DNA of 64,000 nt, from contig CAXXIA010000001.1 of assembly GCA_963666985.2 (NCBI GenBank), forward strand, positions 608,001-672,000. The letters are read 5' to 3'. The notes under the pieces are model-generated. The model had not been told where the DNA came from, searched no databases, and saw only the letters and a program-made list of their open reading frames with translations. Numbering within the stretch: position 1 is the first letter of the stretch; the number at the start of each line of letters is the position of its first letter. Below, piece after piece: positions 27,837-37,889 of this stretch. The position numbers and the translations under genes are program-made. This DNA is from Spirochaetia bacterium (GTDB lineage: Bacteria > Spirochaetota > Spirochaetia > DSM-2461).

Positions 27837-29559
27837 GGGGCTGTCTCATTAGTTTGAGACAGCCCCTTTTAAAATTTGGTTGACCTCCGAAGACGGGAGG
27901 TTCCCTCCCATCCCCTTATCGTTTCTGTAGCTTCCTCATGTTATGAGCCATACTCAACAGTCCCCATTCAGTACTGACCATCTTCAATCCCCTGGTTCGG
28001 AATCTCCGAAATCCCATATTCGTCTTGATATCTCCGAATACAGATTCGACTTCAATCGGCCTGAGAGAGCGCATTCTCAGTCCTTCCTCTGAAGTCAGCA
28101 ACTTGCGCACTTCAGACTTATGCCGTTCCAGGTTTGGACGAACCGTCAGGATGCGCTCTTTGCCTCCGTATTTGCAGCACCGGATTCGGAGAGAACACCT
28201 TTGGCATCCAGGGCCTGTATACCTTTTTTCAGTGGTCGGAAATCCTGAACCTGTTTTCGAGATTCTGGTCTCCTCGTGTTTGAATCGGCGACCCTTGGGG
28301 CACCGGTATGTATCATCAGAGGCACGATAGTCCCAGTTCTCTTTCATATGAATCTGCTTCTTGAACTTCCGTTTCCGCTCCCTGTGGAAGTAGCTGAACT
28401 TGATGTACTTCTCGACACCATGATCCTCACACCACTGGTAGTTCTCTTCACTACCATATCCTGAATCAGCAATGATTCTTTTCGGATAGCGTTTCAGATT
28501 CTTTTTCAGTTTCTCCATATGTAGCGGCAATGTCAGGGAGTCACCGGGACTCTGGTGGATGCTATATCCGAGGATGAACTGGTTCTCAGTACCCATTTGG
28601 ATGTTGTACCCGGGCTTGAGCTGACCATTTTTCATATAGTCTTCTTTCATCCGCATGAAAGTCGCATCATAGTCTGTTTTCGAGTAACTATTTCGGTCGC
28701 CGAGGATTCTCTTCTGCTGCTCATACTTTTTGGCACGAGGGAGATAGTCCTTGCTAGCGGTATTCAATCTCCGTTGAATCTCCTTCTTTTCTCGCTCCTC
28801 CCGATCCTTGCGCAGCTCTTCATTGAGCTTGGATACCGCATCTTCGAGAATCTCCGACATCGGCCTGCCTTGAGGATCCACATGGGGAAGGTCATGGTCG
28901 CCGTACTTCTCATCCTCTTCTTCATTGATGCGGTCGATGTATTCGAAAAGCTCATCCATATTGCCGGCCAGGCGCTTCTGGAACTTGTCTGTCGCCCGGC
29001 CCCATACCCATGTGTATTTGTTAGCTGCTGATTCGATTTTTGTGCCGTCGAGAAAGTAGTTCTCCATCTGGACATGTCCGCTCTCGATGAGGCTGTTGGC
29101 CATTGAGGCAAAGATTTTCTCGATGCTCTTCTTCAATGGACCGTTACGAAATCTGTTTATCGTGTGGAAATCAGGACGGTTATTACCACTGATCCACATG
29201 AAGCATATCTGCTCACGAAGAGCGTCTGCGATTTGACGACAGGAATACAGCTGTTTCGAGTAGGCCAACACCAGAACCTTCAGCATCATCACCGGGTGGT
29301 AGCTGCTGGCACCGCCTCCCGGATAGGCGTTGAAGAGCTCACTGGTATCCATCGTGTCGATGAAGTTGTTGATTGTGCGGGATATATGGTTTGCGGGAAG
29401 CAGTTCATCGAGACTTGGAGGCAGGAGCATCTGTTGGCTGATTTCGTAATCTTTGAATGTAGCCTTCTTTTTAGTGTCCATGAAGAATTCTACCACCCTT
29501 GAATTCAGAAGGGAATTCTTCCAGACATGAAAAAGGGCCGCCTCTTATGAGACAGCCCC
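27837..29559 (-). mobile_element. IS1182-family insertion sequence
   Basis: Transposase flanked by GGGGCTGTCTCA (27837-27848) and its reverse complement TGAGACAGCCCC (29548-29559). Exact ends are ambiguous (see findings). Confidence 0.9.
27916..29496 (-). CDS. IS1182-family DDE transposase
   Basis: YHPVMMLK, PDFHTINRFR, FLDGTKIESAANKY, SKTDYDATFMRMK, ADSGYGSEENY and VESVFGDIK motifs. Confidence 0.95.
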   Translation of the reverse strand: MVEFFMDTKKKATFKDYEISQQMLLPPSLDELLPANHISRTINNFIDTMDTSELFNAYPGGGASSYHPVMMLKVLVLAYSKQLYSCRQIADALREQICFMWISGNNRPDFHTINRFRNGPLKKSIEKIFASMANSLIESGHVQMENYFLDGTKIESAANKYTWVWGRATDKFQKRLAGNMDELFEYIDRINEEEDEKYGDHDLPHVDPQGRPMSEILEDAVSKLNEELRKDREEREKKEIQRRLNTASKDYLPRAKKYEQQKRILGDRNSYSKTDYDATFMRMKEDYMKNGQLKPGYNIQMGTENQFILGYSIHQSPGDSLTLPLHMEKLKKNLKRYPKRIIADSGYGSEENYQWCEDHGVEKYIKFSYFHRERKRKFKKQIHMKENWDYRASDDTYRCPKGRRFKHEETRISKTGSGFPTTEKRYTGPGCQRCSLRIRCCKYGGKERILTVRPNLERHKSEVRKLLTSEEGLRMRSLRPIEVESVFGDIKTNMGFRRFRTRGLKMVSTEWGLLSMAHNMRKLQKR

Positions 29560-29566
29560 TTCATAA

Positions 29567-30865
29567 TTATGATTTCAGAAGATTGGGAAGCAGCATGCAA
29601 ATATCCGGGAAAAATGTAATCACCAGTAACGTAACGAACATGATGATGAGCCAGGGAACAAGTGAAACAATAAGTCTTTCCATTTTAATACCCGAAACGA
29701 TGGAGCCCATCATCAAAGCTCCTCCCACGGGGGGAGTCATCATGCCGATAGCCAGATTGAAGATCATAATGATTCCAAAGTGAACCGGACTGATACCCGC
29801 GCTTTGGGCTATGGGAAGAAATATCGGCGTGGCGATAATGAGCACGGATGCCATATCCATAATCATTCCCATAAAAATCAGCAAAAGGTTGACGATCAGC
29901 ATTATTAATATTCCGCTGTCGGTGAAACCGTAGATTATTGAAGACATCTGATTGGGGATTCGAAGATACGAAACCATAAATCCGAAACAGGCTGAAAATC
30001 CCATTGAGAGCATTATGATTCCAACGGTTTTAAGGCTGCGTTCGAGAATCGTCCAAAAGCGTTTCCACGTCATATCGCGATAGATGACCGTTGTTACGAA
30101 AATCGCCCATAGAATTGAAATGGCGGCGGCTTCCGTGGCTGTAAAAACACCCGTGGTACAGCCGACGACGATAATGACAAGCGTCATAAGTCCCCAGAAT
30201 GAAGTTAATGATGTTTTCAGAAGCATCTTCAGATTGAAGGGACTCCCCTTGGGGTAATGCCGTTTAACGGAAAGATAGTAAGAAAAGGCCATAAGTACCG
30301 CCGCCAAGAGAAGGCCGGGAATAATACCGGCCATAAAAAGCGAGCCTATGCTTACCGTACCTCCGGCCGCCATGGCGTAGATGAGCATGTTATGACTGGG
30401 AGGAATAAGCAAACCCTGCTGAGCACTTGTTACCGTTACATCCGTGGCGAACTCTTCGTCGTATCCCTGTTTCTTCATCATGGGAATCAGAACCGTGCCC
30501 AGAGAAGAAATATCGGCAAGGGGCGATCCGGAAATACCTCCGAAAAAGGTGCTTGCCATGACGTTTACCATGGCAAGCCCGCCGCGCACCCATCCCACGC
30601 ATGCTTCCACGAACTCGATGATTTTTTCCGACAGACTGCCGTCGGACAATATTTCACCCGCCACGATGAAAAGAGGTACGGCCAGCAAGTTGTAAGACTG
30701 GAGAGTCGTTACGGTGCGGTTTACCAAGAGATTGAGAGGGATTCCCATGAACGTTGCGGTAATAACGCTGGATAGCAGGACCGACATGAGGATTTCCATT
30801 CGGATCAATAGAAAGAAGAAGAATGTCCCCAGCAGTAGAAGAGCGGCTATGGTCATTTGGTTCAT
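29567..30865 (-). CDS. dctM: TRAP transporter large permease DctM
   Basis: LAVPLFI, FFGGISGS, IPPS, TATEAA and TPPVG motifs. Confidence 0.95.
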   Translation of the reverse strand: MNQMTIAALLLLGTFFFFLLIRMEILMSVLLSSVITATFMGIPLNLLVNRTVTTLQSYNLLAVPLFIVAGEILSDGSLSEKIIEFVEACVGWVRGGLAMVNVMASTFFGGISGSPLADISSLGTVLIPMMKKQGYDEEFATDVTVTSAQQGLLIPPSHNMLIYAMAAGGTVSIGSLFMAGIIPGLLLAAVLMAFSYYLSVKRHYPKGSPFNLKMLLKTSLTSFWGLMTLVIIVVGCTTGVFTATEAAAISILWAIFVTTVIYRDMTWKRFWTILERSLKTVGIIMLSMGFSACFGFMVSYLRIPNQMSSIIYGFTDSGILIMLIVNLLLIFMGMIMDMASVLIIATPIFLPIAQSAGISPVHFGIIMIFNLAIGMMTPPVGGALMMGSIVSGIKMERLIVSLVPWLIIMFVTLLVITFFPDICMLLPNLLKS

Positions 30866-31356
30866 TGCTGGTTTACTCCCGCCGCCGCTGCTCCGTAACG
30901 TTTGACATATTTATCCGCTTTTCCAAGTATGATCAGTACGAAACCCAAAGGAAGCGACAGATAGAGCCATGTCTGACTTATCTTGAGTCCCGTATAGAAC
31001 AAAGACAGATTCTTGATAATGCTTTTAATTCCGTAGGGTAAAAGATAAATGATGAGCGCCGTGGAAATCACATCCAAAACAGCCGTAAGGATGACGTTGA
31101 ACCTTTCCGAAATCAAATGATCGATTACTGTAAGTCTCAGATGTGAATCATGGCGAAACGCTTCCGCACCGCTGAGAATGGAAACCCAGCACATACAGAA
31201 CAGAATCAATTCTTCACCCCAAACCGGTGTTTTCCCGAAGAAATAACGGCCGAAGACAATCAGCCACATTACACCGAATATCATACAGAGCATAATTCGG
31301 CAGAGGAGGTTTGAGACGGAAAAAATGCTATCAAGTATCTTGTTAACGGTTTTCAT
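30862..31356 (-). CDS. dctQ: TRAP transporter small permease DctQ
   Basis: VFGRY...WGEEL...HLRL; four TM segments. Confidence 0.9.
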   Translation of the reverse strand: MKTVNKILDSIFSVSNLLCRIMLCMIFGVMWLIVFGRYFFGKTPVWGEELILFCMCWVSILSGAEAFRHDSHLRLTVIDHLISERFNVILTAVLDVISTALIIYLLPYGIKSIIKNLSLFYTGLKISQTWLYLSLPLGFVLIILGKADKYVKRYGAAAAGVNQQ

Positions 31357-31392
31357 GGTAATCCCACCTAAAAAGTTCTTCCTGTTTCGGCG

Positions 31393-32473
31393 TTATGATA
31401 TTTCTCGGATTTTTTTTACCAGATCGATATATTCACCGGCAAAGGATTCATACATGGGATAGCACAGATTGTACATTTCCTCTTTTTCTTCGGGCGAAGG
31501 CTTGATAACGGTTACGCCTTTGTTCGCCAGATTCGCCTCGATTTTTTCTTCATCCAGAGCAATATTCTCTTTATTGAACGCAACGGCTCTATCGGCGGCC
31601 AGTTCAAAAAGGGCTTTTTCTTCATCGTTCAATTTGTTCCAAACCCTGTTGGAAACAGCCAGAAGATTGGCGCCCCAAATATGCTCGTCTTCATAAAAGT
31701 ACGGCGCTACTTCATAAAGCATGTTGCTGTTGTAGCCGGAAAGAGGATTTTCGGCACCGTCTACAACTCCATTAGAGAGAGAACTGTAAAGCTCTCCCCA
31801 AGACATTTGCGTTGCGGAAGCTCCAATGGCTTCAACCATTCCCACATACATGTCGGTCGCCTGTACGCGAAGCTTCAAACCCGCCAGATCCTTATAGGTG
31901 GAAACGGGATGTGCATTACTCGTGAAATAATCGCGGGCGCCTTCTTCTATATAGCCCAGAGCATGGAAACCGAAATTACCGGCATTGACATCATCGATTA
32001 TTTTTTTACCAAGAGCGCTTTCCGCGAAAGCCCAGAAATGTTCACGGCCCTCAAAAAGGGTAAGGCAGACCGAACACACAGCCTTCCGCAAAACCGTTGG
32101 AGGATGAATTTTCCAATTGATAACGAGCAACATCCACAAGTTCATATTGTTCCGAAATGGTACCCGAAACCTCTATCTCGCCGGAGATATACATCGCCGA
32201 AGTGATTTTTCCTCCCGACAGTTCGTACAATGAATCGGCAAAGGCCAAACTGGTGCGTCCCATAATATGTTCCGTACCCATACGGTCCCAGAAAACCAAT
32301 TCTCTGGCGGTTATGTTGTTAATATTGAATTCTCCGCTTGATGCCGTTTCCCGGGCCGTTGACTCGGTTTGAGAATCGTTTTTTTCCGAGGATACGGATT
32401 TGTCTCCGCACGAAGAGAGTAATGCCAGAAATATCGCCATACTCACGGCGAATCCACAATAAAATCTTTTCAC
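31393..32473 (-). pseudogene. dctP: TRAP substrate-binding lipoprotein DctP, +1 frameshift near 32058
   Basis: LLSSC lipobox. VFGLPY joins to LFEGREH if one C is removed from TACCCTTTTTGAG. Also DLAGLKLRV and ELYSSLSNGVVDGAENP. The 1081-bp span is 3n+1. Confidence 0.85.
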
Positions 32474-32656
32474 GATATGAACCTCTTGTATTGATTGTGA
32501 TTAGGGACTGATTGTTCTGCAGAAACAGTCGATTCATTGATCATATAAGGGCCGTACGTCGATTTTCATGGCAAAATCCGCTTTGGAATCTTGCAAAAAT
32601 CGACATGTTATCGGTGTATACTATTTTTTTGAGGCTTCTATGAGGAGTGCATAAGG

Positions 32657-33556
32657 ATGCCGAAAGCAAAATCACAGAAAGATATGGGATATGGCGAAAC
32701 CGTACCTGCTTTTCAGCTCCCCAATGATTTTTCGGTTTTATATTTCCGTGATTATAATTTTAAGGCCAGTCTTCCTCATCTTCATCCGGATTTTGAATTC
32801 ATGCTGATTCTGCACGGTGATGTAAAAGTCGCGGCCGATGCGACTCTTTATTCGGTACCGACCGGAAGCGTGATTATAATGCCGCCCAATTTGGTGCATT
32901 GCACGATTCTCGACAATACGGAAATGCTGTATGAACGGCAAATCCTTCATTTGACATCGTCCTATATTGATTTGTTTCATGAGAAAAACGATTTTATCCG
33001 GATTTTTTCCACTCCGATTGTCATTAACTGCAGTATCAAAGACACCGTGGAATTTCGCGATCTATTGGAAAAAATCATGACGGAGGATAAAAATCTTCAC
33101 TCCGGTGATTCCTTCGCTCGGTCGATGATTACGATGTTTCTTTTAAAGTGCGCTCGGAAACTGGAAGAGTCGCCTTCTCAGAGAGTCAGCAACACCAGCA
33201 TCCTTGTGGACCGGCTGATTCGATATATCGAGGAGCATTTCACCGAACCGGAATTATCCCTGGAAAATCTGACCGCGCAGGCTTATGTCAGCAAAGGGCA
33301 TCTGAATCGTTTGTTTAAGGCCTATACGGGAGTCAGTCTGTATAAATATGTTATCCAGCGCCGGCTGATTTATTCGACCGAATTATTACAGCGGGGATTC
33401 TCCGTGCTGTCGGCCGGTCTCGAGAGCGGATTTGAAGATTATACGTGTTTCCTCAAGGCGTTTAAAAAGACCTATGGAATGACTCCAAGAAATTACTGCA
33501 CACTGAAGGCTCAGCAAGGAAGGCAAACGGGATTTCTCGCCGAAAGATTTTTTTAG
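32657..33556 (+). CDS. AraC family regulator (cupin + HTH), divergent from the TRAP operon
   Basis: HLHPDFEF...PPNLVH cupin; C-terminal GFEDYTCFLKAFKKTYGMTPRNY. Confidence 0.93.
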   Translation: MPKAKSQKDMGYGETVPAFQLPNDFSVLYFRDYNFKASLPHLHPDFEFMLILHGDVKVAADATLYSVPTGSVIIMPPNLVHCTILDNTEMLYERQILHLTSSYIDLFHEKNDFIRIFSTPIVINCSIKDTVEFRDLLEKIMTEDKNLHSGDSFARSMITMFLLKCARKLEESPSQRVSNTSILVDRLIRYIEEHFTEPELSLENLTAQAYVSKGHLNRLFKAYTGVSLYKYVIQRRLIYSTELLQRGFSVLSAGLESGFEDYTCFLKAFKKTYGMTPRNYCTLKAQQGRQTGFLAERFF

Positions 33557-33599
33557 TCGTGTTTTTCAAAAGCTGAAATCGGTATTGTCTTATGAATGC

Positions 33600-34424
33600 T
33601 TAGGCAAATCGGCCGAAAAGATCATACGCGTTTTTCACCGTCGTCTCGGCGAGAATCGTCGGATCGGTTTCTCGTATTTGCGCGAGTGCTTCCAGTGTGT
33701 GGCCGATATGACCGGGATGATTGAGTTTCCCGCGGACGGGCTGAGGAGAGAGAAACGGCGCATCGGTTTCGAGAAGAATCCTCTCCGACGGTATTCGCGC
33801 CGCGGCATCTCTGAGAAGTTCCGTTTTCTTATACGTAAGATTTCCCGCGAAGGATACGTAGAAACCCAAATCAAGAGCCCTGCGAGCGGTTTCCCAGCCG
33901 GATGAAAAACAGTGAAAAACTCCCCGGCGGCAGGGTGATTCTTTTATAAGGGTTAGGACGCGTTCATCGGCGTTTCGGTTATGGATAATGATCGGTTTGC
34001 CGAATTCGGCCGCAAGCTCCAGCTGATCGCGAAAGGCTTTCTCCTGGCGTTCCGGTGATGAATGGTCCCTGTAGAAATCAAGACCCGTTTCTCCTATGGC
34101 CGCTACGGAAGGATGAGCGGCTTGGCGCCGGAGAATATCGAATCTATTCTTCCAATCTCCTTCTTCCTCGGAAGTTGAATTCGGATGGATTCCCGCCGAG
34201 AGAAAAACTTTTTCAAACCGATTGGCCAAGGCTGTTCTTTCGGAGAAGCCTGTTTCGTCAACGGCCACATCGACGGCACCGACGAGGCGGGTGCCGAATA
34301 GCAAATCCAAAATGTTCTCAGCATCCAAACCGCGGCTCTTCATAACAAAGGCATGGAAATGAGTGTCGAAGAGGGGATAAGGCAGATGGATCTTAACGTC
34401 GTCGGTAGTCTGCGGCATGTTCAT
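33600..34424 (-). CDS. tatD: TatD family hydrolase
   Basis: DTHFH, GIHP, AIGETGLD, HNRNA, HCFS and ETDAPFL motifs. Confidence 0.95.
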   Translation of the reverse strand: MNMPQTTDDVKIHLPYPLFDTHFHAFVMKSRGLDAENILDLLFGTRLVGAVDVAVDETGFSERTALANRFEKVFLSAGIHPNSTSEEEGDWKNRFDILRRQAAHPSVAAIGETGLDFYRDHSSPERQEKAFRDQLELAAEFGKPIIIHNRNADERVLTLIKESPCRRGVFHCFSSGWETARRALDLGFYVSFAGNLTYKKTELLRDAAARIPSERILLETDAPFLSPQPVRGKLNHPGHIGHTLEALAQIRETDPTILAETTVKNAYDLFGRFA

Positions 34425-34719
34425 TCCCTTGATATCTGGAGGTTCCGAACAATATTCGCAAAAAGAAAGAAGCGTATCAAGAATCTAAATAGGGCAGGAT
34501 TCCGATGCCCCGCTCTTTGGATGAAGTCGAATATTGGCGGAAAATCCGATTCAATAGCGGAATAAGCCGGCTGACCATCGGCCGCCTGTATCGATACACC
34601 CCAAGAAGACGCAGGCGATTCCGAGTGGATTCTCTCAAAATATTGAAATTAAGACAGCCGGGCGGATCAGGCGGTGTGACATGAAATTTAATACACGGTG
34701 CGGCCGCGGGATTTGTCTT

Positions 34720-36105
34720 TTAGCGATTCTTTCTTTCGCCCAGTTTCCCGCGGACGGCTGAAAAGTAAATTCCCACGGCACAGAATACCGTGAAAATTAC
34801 GAATGAGACTTGAACGCTTTTTCCGAAGGCCTCAATGGTTTTGAGTCCGATTTCTCTCTCTCCGATGAAATGTCCGAAAACAACCGTGGTAACGCACATA
34901 CTCAAAACCATTCCAAGAAATCTCATCGTAGCAACCGTACCCGAAGCCAGACCGAAGTGTTTTCTCTCTACCGAACTCATGATGGCATTTGTATTCGGAG
35001 AAGAAAAAAGAGCATAGCCTAAGCCGAGAAGTATCAGTATCGGAACCACGTAGAAAAGAGTGCTTCCCGTTGTCAGAAAGGAAAAAAGAAACAATCCGAG
35101 TGCCGTTAACCCCATGCCTGAGGAAACCAGAATCGCCGGTTCTATTTTATCCGATAACTTTCCGGTTACAGGAGAAAGCAGTGCCTGAGTTATCGGCTGG
35201 GTTGCGAGAATAATCCCCGTCATTTGCGGACTGATGCGTAAAGAAACCTGAAGATAAAGACTCATCAGGAAGGATATGGCGAAGGTTGATCCGTAATGAA
35301 TAAGAGCCGCAACGGAGGAAAAGGCAAAAAGCCTGTTGTTTTTTAACAGCCTGACTTCGAAGAGCGGATAAGTGATTTTCAGTTCATGACGAACGAAGAG
35401 AATTAATCCGATAAATCCGGGAATAAGGAAAAATAGTCCTCTGATTTTCGGCAGAAGAGTCATACCGTACATGAAAAGCACGAGTGAAAGGGCATAGAGG
35501 ATGCTTCCTTTGACATCATACGGTTCTCCTTTGGCATCGGCCCATTCGTCTTTGACAAAAAGAAGGGCCAAAAAGAAAGGAATGAGTGTTGTTGGTGCCA
35601 TTATGTAAAAGATGGACCGCCATCCCAGAGCTCCCGTGAACACTCCGCCCAGGAACGGCCCGCAAGACATTCCCGTGTACACCGCCGCGGTTCCGATGCC
35701 GATGGAAAATCCCCTTTTTTGCGGAGGGTAAACAGAACTGATGAGCGCCATGGCGGTTGTGTTGATCATGGCCGATCCGATTCCCTGAAGAGTTCTGAAG
35801 ATGAGAAGGGAAATAATGGAATGAGAGAATCCGCATAAGAGAGTTGTCAGAGAGAAAAGGCCGAGTCCGATGATGTAGATTTTCTTTCTGCCGAAAATGT
35901 CGGCGATTTTTCCGAAGATAATCAGAAATACCGCACCCGTGAGAATATAGATTGTTGTAATCCACGTAAGGGTAACCGCATTAATGGAAAGATCTTCCTG
36001 CATAAAGGGAAGGGCGACATTCAGCGCCGATGTCATGATGGCGACGATAAAAGAAGAAACGACTACCGAGATTGTTACGGAGATTTGTGTGGATTTCTGA
36101 GTCAT
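34720..36105 (-). CDS. MFS transporter, DHA2 (14-TM, EmrB/QacA-like)
   Basis: GKIADIFGRKK, RTLQGIG and GPFLGG...GWRSIF; start set to ATG 36105. Confidence 0.92.
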   Translation of the reverse strand: MTQKSTQISVTISVVVSSFIVAIMTSALNVALPFMQEDLSINAVTLTWITTIYILTGAVFLIIFGKIADIFGRKKIYIIGLGLFSLTTLLCGFSHSIISLLIFRTLQGIGSAMINTTAMALISSVYPPQKRGFSIGIGTAAVYTGMSCGPFLGGVFTGALGWRSIFYIMAPTTLIPFFLALLFVKDEWADAKGEPYDVKGSILYALSLVLFMYGMTLLPKIRGLFFLIPGFIGLILFVRHELKITYPLFEVRLLKNNRLFAFSSVAALIHYGSTFAISFLMSLYLQVSLRISPQMTGIILATQPITQALLSPVTGKLSDKIEPAILVSSGMGLTALGLFLFSFLTTGSTLFYVVPILILLGLGYALFSSPNTNAIMSSVERKHFGLASGTVATMRFLGMVLSMCVTTVVFGHFIGEREIGLKTIEAFGKSVQVSFVIFTVFCAVGIYFSAVRGKLGERKNR

Positions 36106-36197
36106 GGAACCTCTTGATGTCTTTTGGATCTCTGTCGAGTGGAGTGGCCGGAAAATTTTCCAAGCGGTTTCTTCCGAGCGGCTTCGGGGGGTCATGA

Positions 36198-36225
36198 AAA
36201 ACCCCGCCCGGCCGGGCGGGGTTTT
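36198..36225. terminator. Intrinsic terminator after fbaA (symmetric)
   Basis: AAAACCCCGCCC-ggcc-GGGCGGGGTTTT. Confidence 0.88.
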
Positions 36226-36245
36226 GAATCAAATAAGAATCGCTT

Positions 36246-37331
36246 TTAATTCCTGTTCATGGCGTTCAGATTTTCGAAAGCTTCCACAACACGGGCAACC
36301 AGGGATTCCTGACCTTTGCGCAGCCAAACGCGGGGATCGTAGAACTTTTTGTTGGGAGCATCGGCCCCGGTGGGGTTGCCGAGCTGTCCCTGGAGGTAGG
36401 CTTCGTTTTCCTTGTAGAAATCCAGAACGCCTTTCCAGGTGGCCCACTGGGTGTCGGTGTCGATGTTCATTTTCACCACGCCGTAGCTGATGGCTTCGCG
36501 GATTTCCGCCTGAGAAGAGCCGGAGCCTCCGTGGAAAACGTAGGTAACCGGATGCTTCTCGGAAAGTCCGTGCTTTTCGACGATGTACTTCTGTCCTTTG
36601 TCCAGGATGGAGGGGGTGAGCTTCACGTTGCCGGGTTTGTAGACTCCGTGGACGTTGCCGAACGCGGCGGCGACGGTGAAGTAGGGGCTGATTTTCAGAA
36701 GTTCGGTGTAAACGTAGTCGATTTCCTCGGGCTTGGAATAGAGGTCGGCGGTGTCGTGATCGGAGTTGTCCACGCCGTCTTCTTCACCGCCGGTGATGCC
36801 GAGTTCCATTTCCAGATACATGCCCATGGCGCTGGTGCGCTTGAGGTATCCTTTGGTGATTTCCACGTTTTCTTTCAGCGGTTCCTCGGAAAGATCGATC
36901 ATGTGGGAGCTGTAAAGAGGACGGCCGTGCGCTTTGTAGTAGGCTTCTCCGGCGTCCAAGAGGCCGTCGAGCCAGGGAAGAAGTTTTTTCGCGCAGTGAT
37001 CGGTATGAAGCACGACGGGGATGCCGTAAGCTTCGGCCATCTGATGAACATGATGAGCACCGGCGATTCCGCCCAGAATATCGGAACGGCGGCCGTCGGC
37101 GGGCTTGCAGCCCTTTCCGGCGTAGAACGTCGCTCCGCCGTTTGAAAACTGGATCATCACCGGTGAATTGACTTTCGCGGCGGCTTCCATAACGCCGTTG
37201 ACCGATTCGGTGTTCACGCAGTTTACCGCGGGCATGGCGAAACCTTCGCTTTTACAGATGTCGAAAAGCTTTTTGAGATCGTCTCCGTATACCACGCCGG
37301 GTTTGATGTAATCGAGGACCTTTTGACTCAT
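36246..37331 (-). CDS. fbaA: Class II fructose-bisphosphate aldolase
   Basis: HTDHC, GITGGEEDG, GNVHGVY, FHGGSGS and KMNIDTD motifs; AAGGAG RBS before ATG 37331. Confidence 0.97.
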   Translation of the reverse strand: MSQKVLDYIKPGVVYGDDLKKLFDICKSEGFAMPAVNCVNTESVNGVMEAAAKVNSPVMIQFSNGGATFYAGKGCKPADGRRSDILGGIAGAHHVHQMAEAYGIPVVLHTDHCAKKLLPWLDGLLDAGEAYYKAHGRPLYSSHMIDLSEEPLKENVEITKGYLKRTSAMGMYLEMELGITGGEEDGVDNSDHDTADLYSKPEEIDYVYTELLKISPYFTVAAAFGNVHGVYKPGNVKLTPSILDKGQKYIVEKHGLSEKHPVTYVFHGGSGSSQAEIREAISYGVVKMNIDTDTQWATWKGVLDFYKENEAYLQGQLGNPTGADAPNKKFYDPRVWLRKGQESLVARVVEAFENLNAMNRN

Positions 37332-37413
37332 GTCTTTGCTCCTTGTGGGTTCTGATTGGCTATAACTTATATCAGTGTCGTTAAGCAATACTATTTTATC
37401 AAGAATAAGTGTA

Positions 37414-37442
37414 TTGACCCAAGCCTCGGAGCGAAATAGGAT
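37414..37442 (+). promoter_or_regulatory. Sigma70-like promoter of tRNA-Leu
   Basis: TTGACC-N17-TAGGAT, 16 bp upstream of the tRNA. Confidence 0.65.
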
Positions 37443-37458
37443 GACGGGAATCCCAATT

Positions 37459-37542
37459 GCCGGCGTGGTGGAATTGGTAGACACAGCGGACTTAAAATCC
37501 GCTGATCTTTGGATCGTACCGGTTCAAGTCCGGTCGCCGGTA
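37459..37542 (+). tRNA. tRNA-Leu (anticodon TAA), CCA not encoded
   Basis: Acceptor GCCGGCG/CGCCGGT, D-loop GGAATTGGTAGAC, anticodon arm GCGGA-CTTAAAA-TCCGC, long variable arm and T-loop GGTTCAAGTCC. Confidence 0.97.
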
Positions 37543-37767
37543 TCTTACAATTTTTTTTCTGCAGGTGACCGGACTTGAAGGTCTAGGAGAGCGAGAGGGA
37601 TGACCAAGCTTATTGGAAATCCCCGAGCCGACGCAGATCTCTGCAGAGCAGAAGGGTTTTGTCGCCGACCGATAGGGAAGGATGAGCGACCAAGGAAGGT
37701 CGCGGAAGACAAAACCAGCGGCCAGTAGAGAGGCAACACGAAAGTAGGGCAAGTCCGGTCGCCGGTA
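37543..37767. repeat. tRNA-linked structured element bounded by copies of the tRNA 3' end
   Basis: CAAGTCCGGTCGCCGGTA at 37525-37542 is repeated exactly at 37750-37767. An inverted T-arm copy GACCGGACTTGAA lies at 37567-37579. Confidence 0.85.
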
Positions 37768-37889
37768 AACCGTTCTTTTCAGTTGTTTTGAGAAACATAA
37801 CGATATCGAAATCCTTTTGCGGTGAAAGCGGCGTCCGCAATGCGGGCCCTTTTCGCCCGCGGAAGGTCCCGGCGAAGGAGTCTGTTCCC

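Noticed and set aside
36106..36195. N-terminal extension of the MFS ORF
   Set aside because: It starts at the edge of the fbaA terminator; AGAGG precedes ATG 36105.
37332..37484. N-terminal extension of FbaA in the ORF track
   Set aside because: It overlaps the tRNA and its promoter, and a good RBS precedes ATG 37331.
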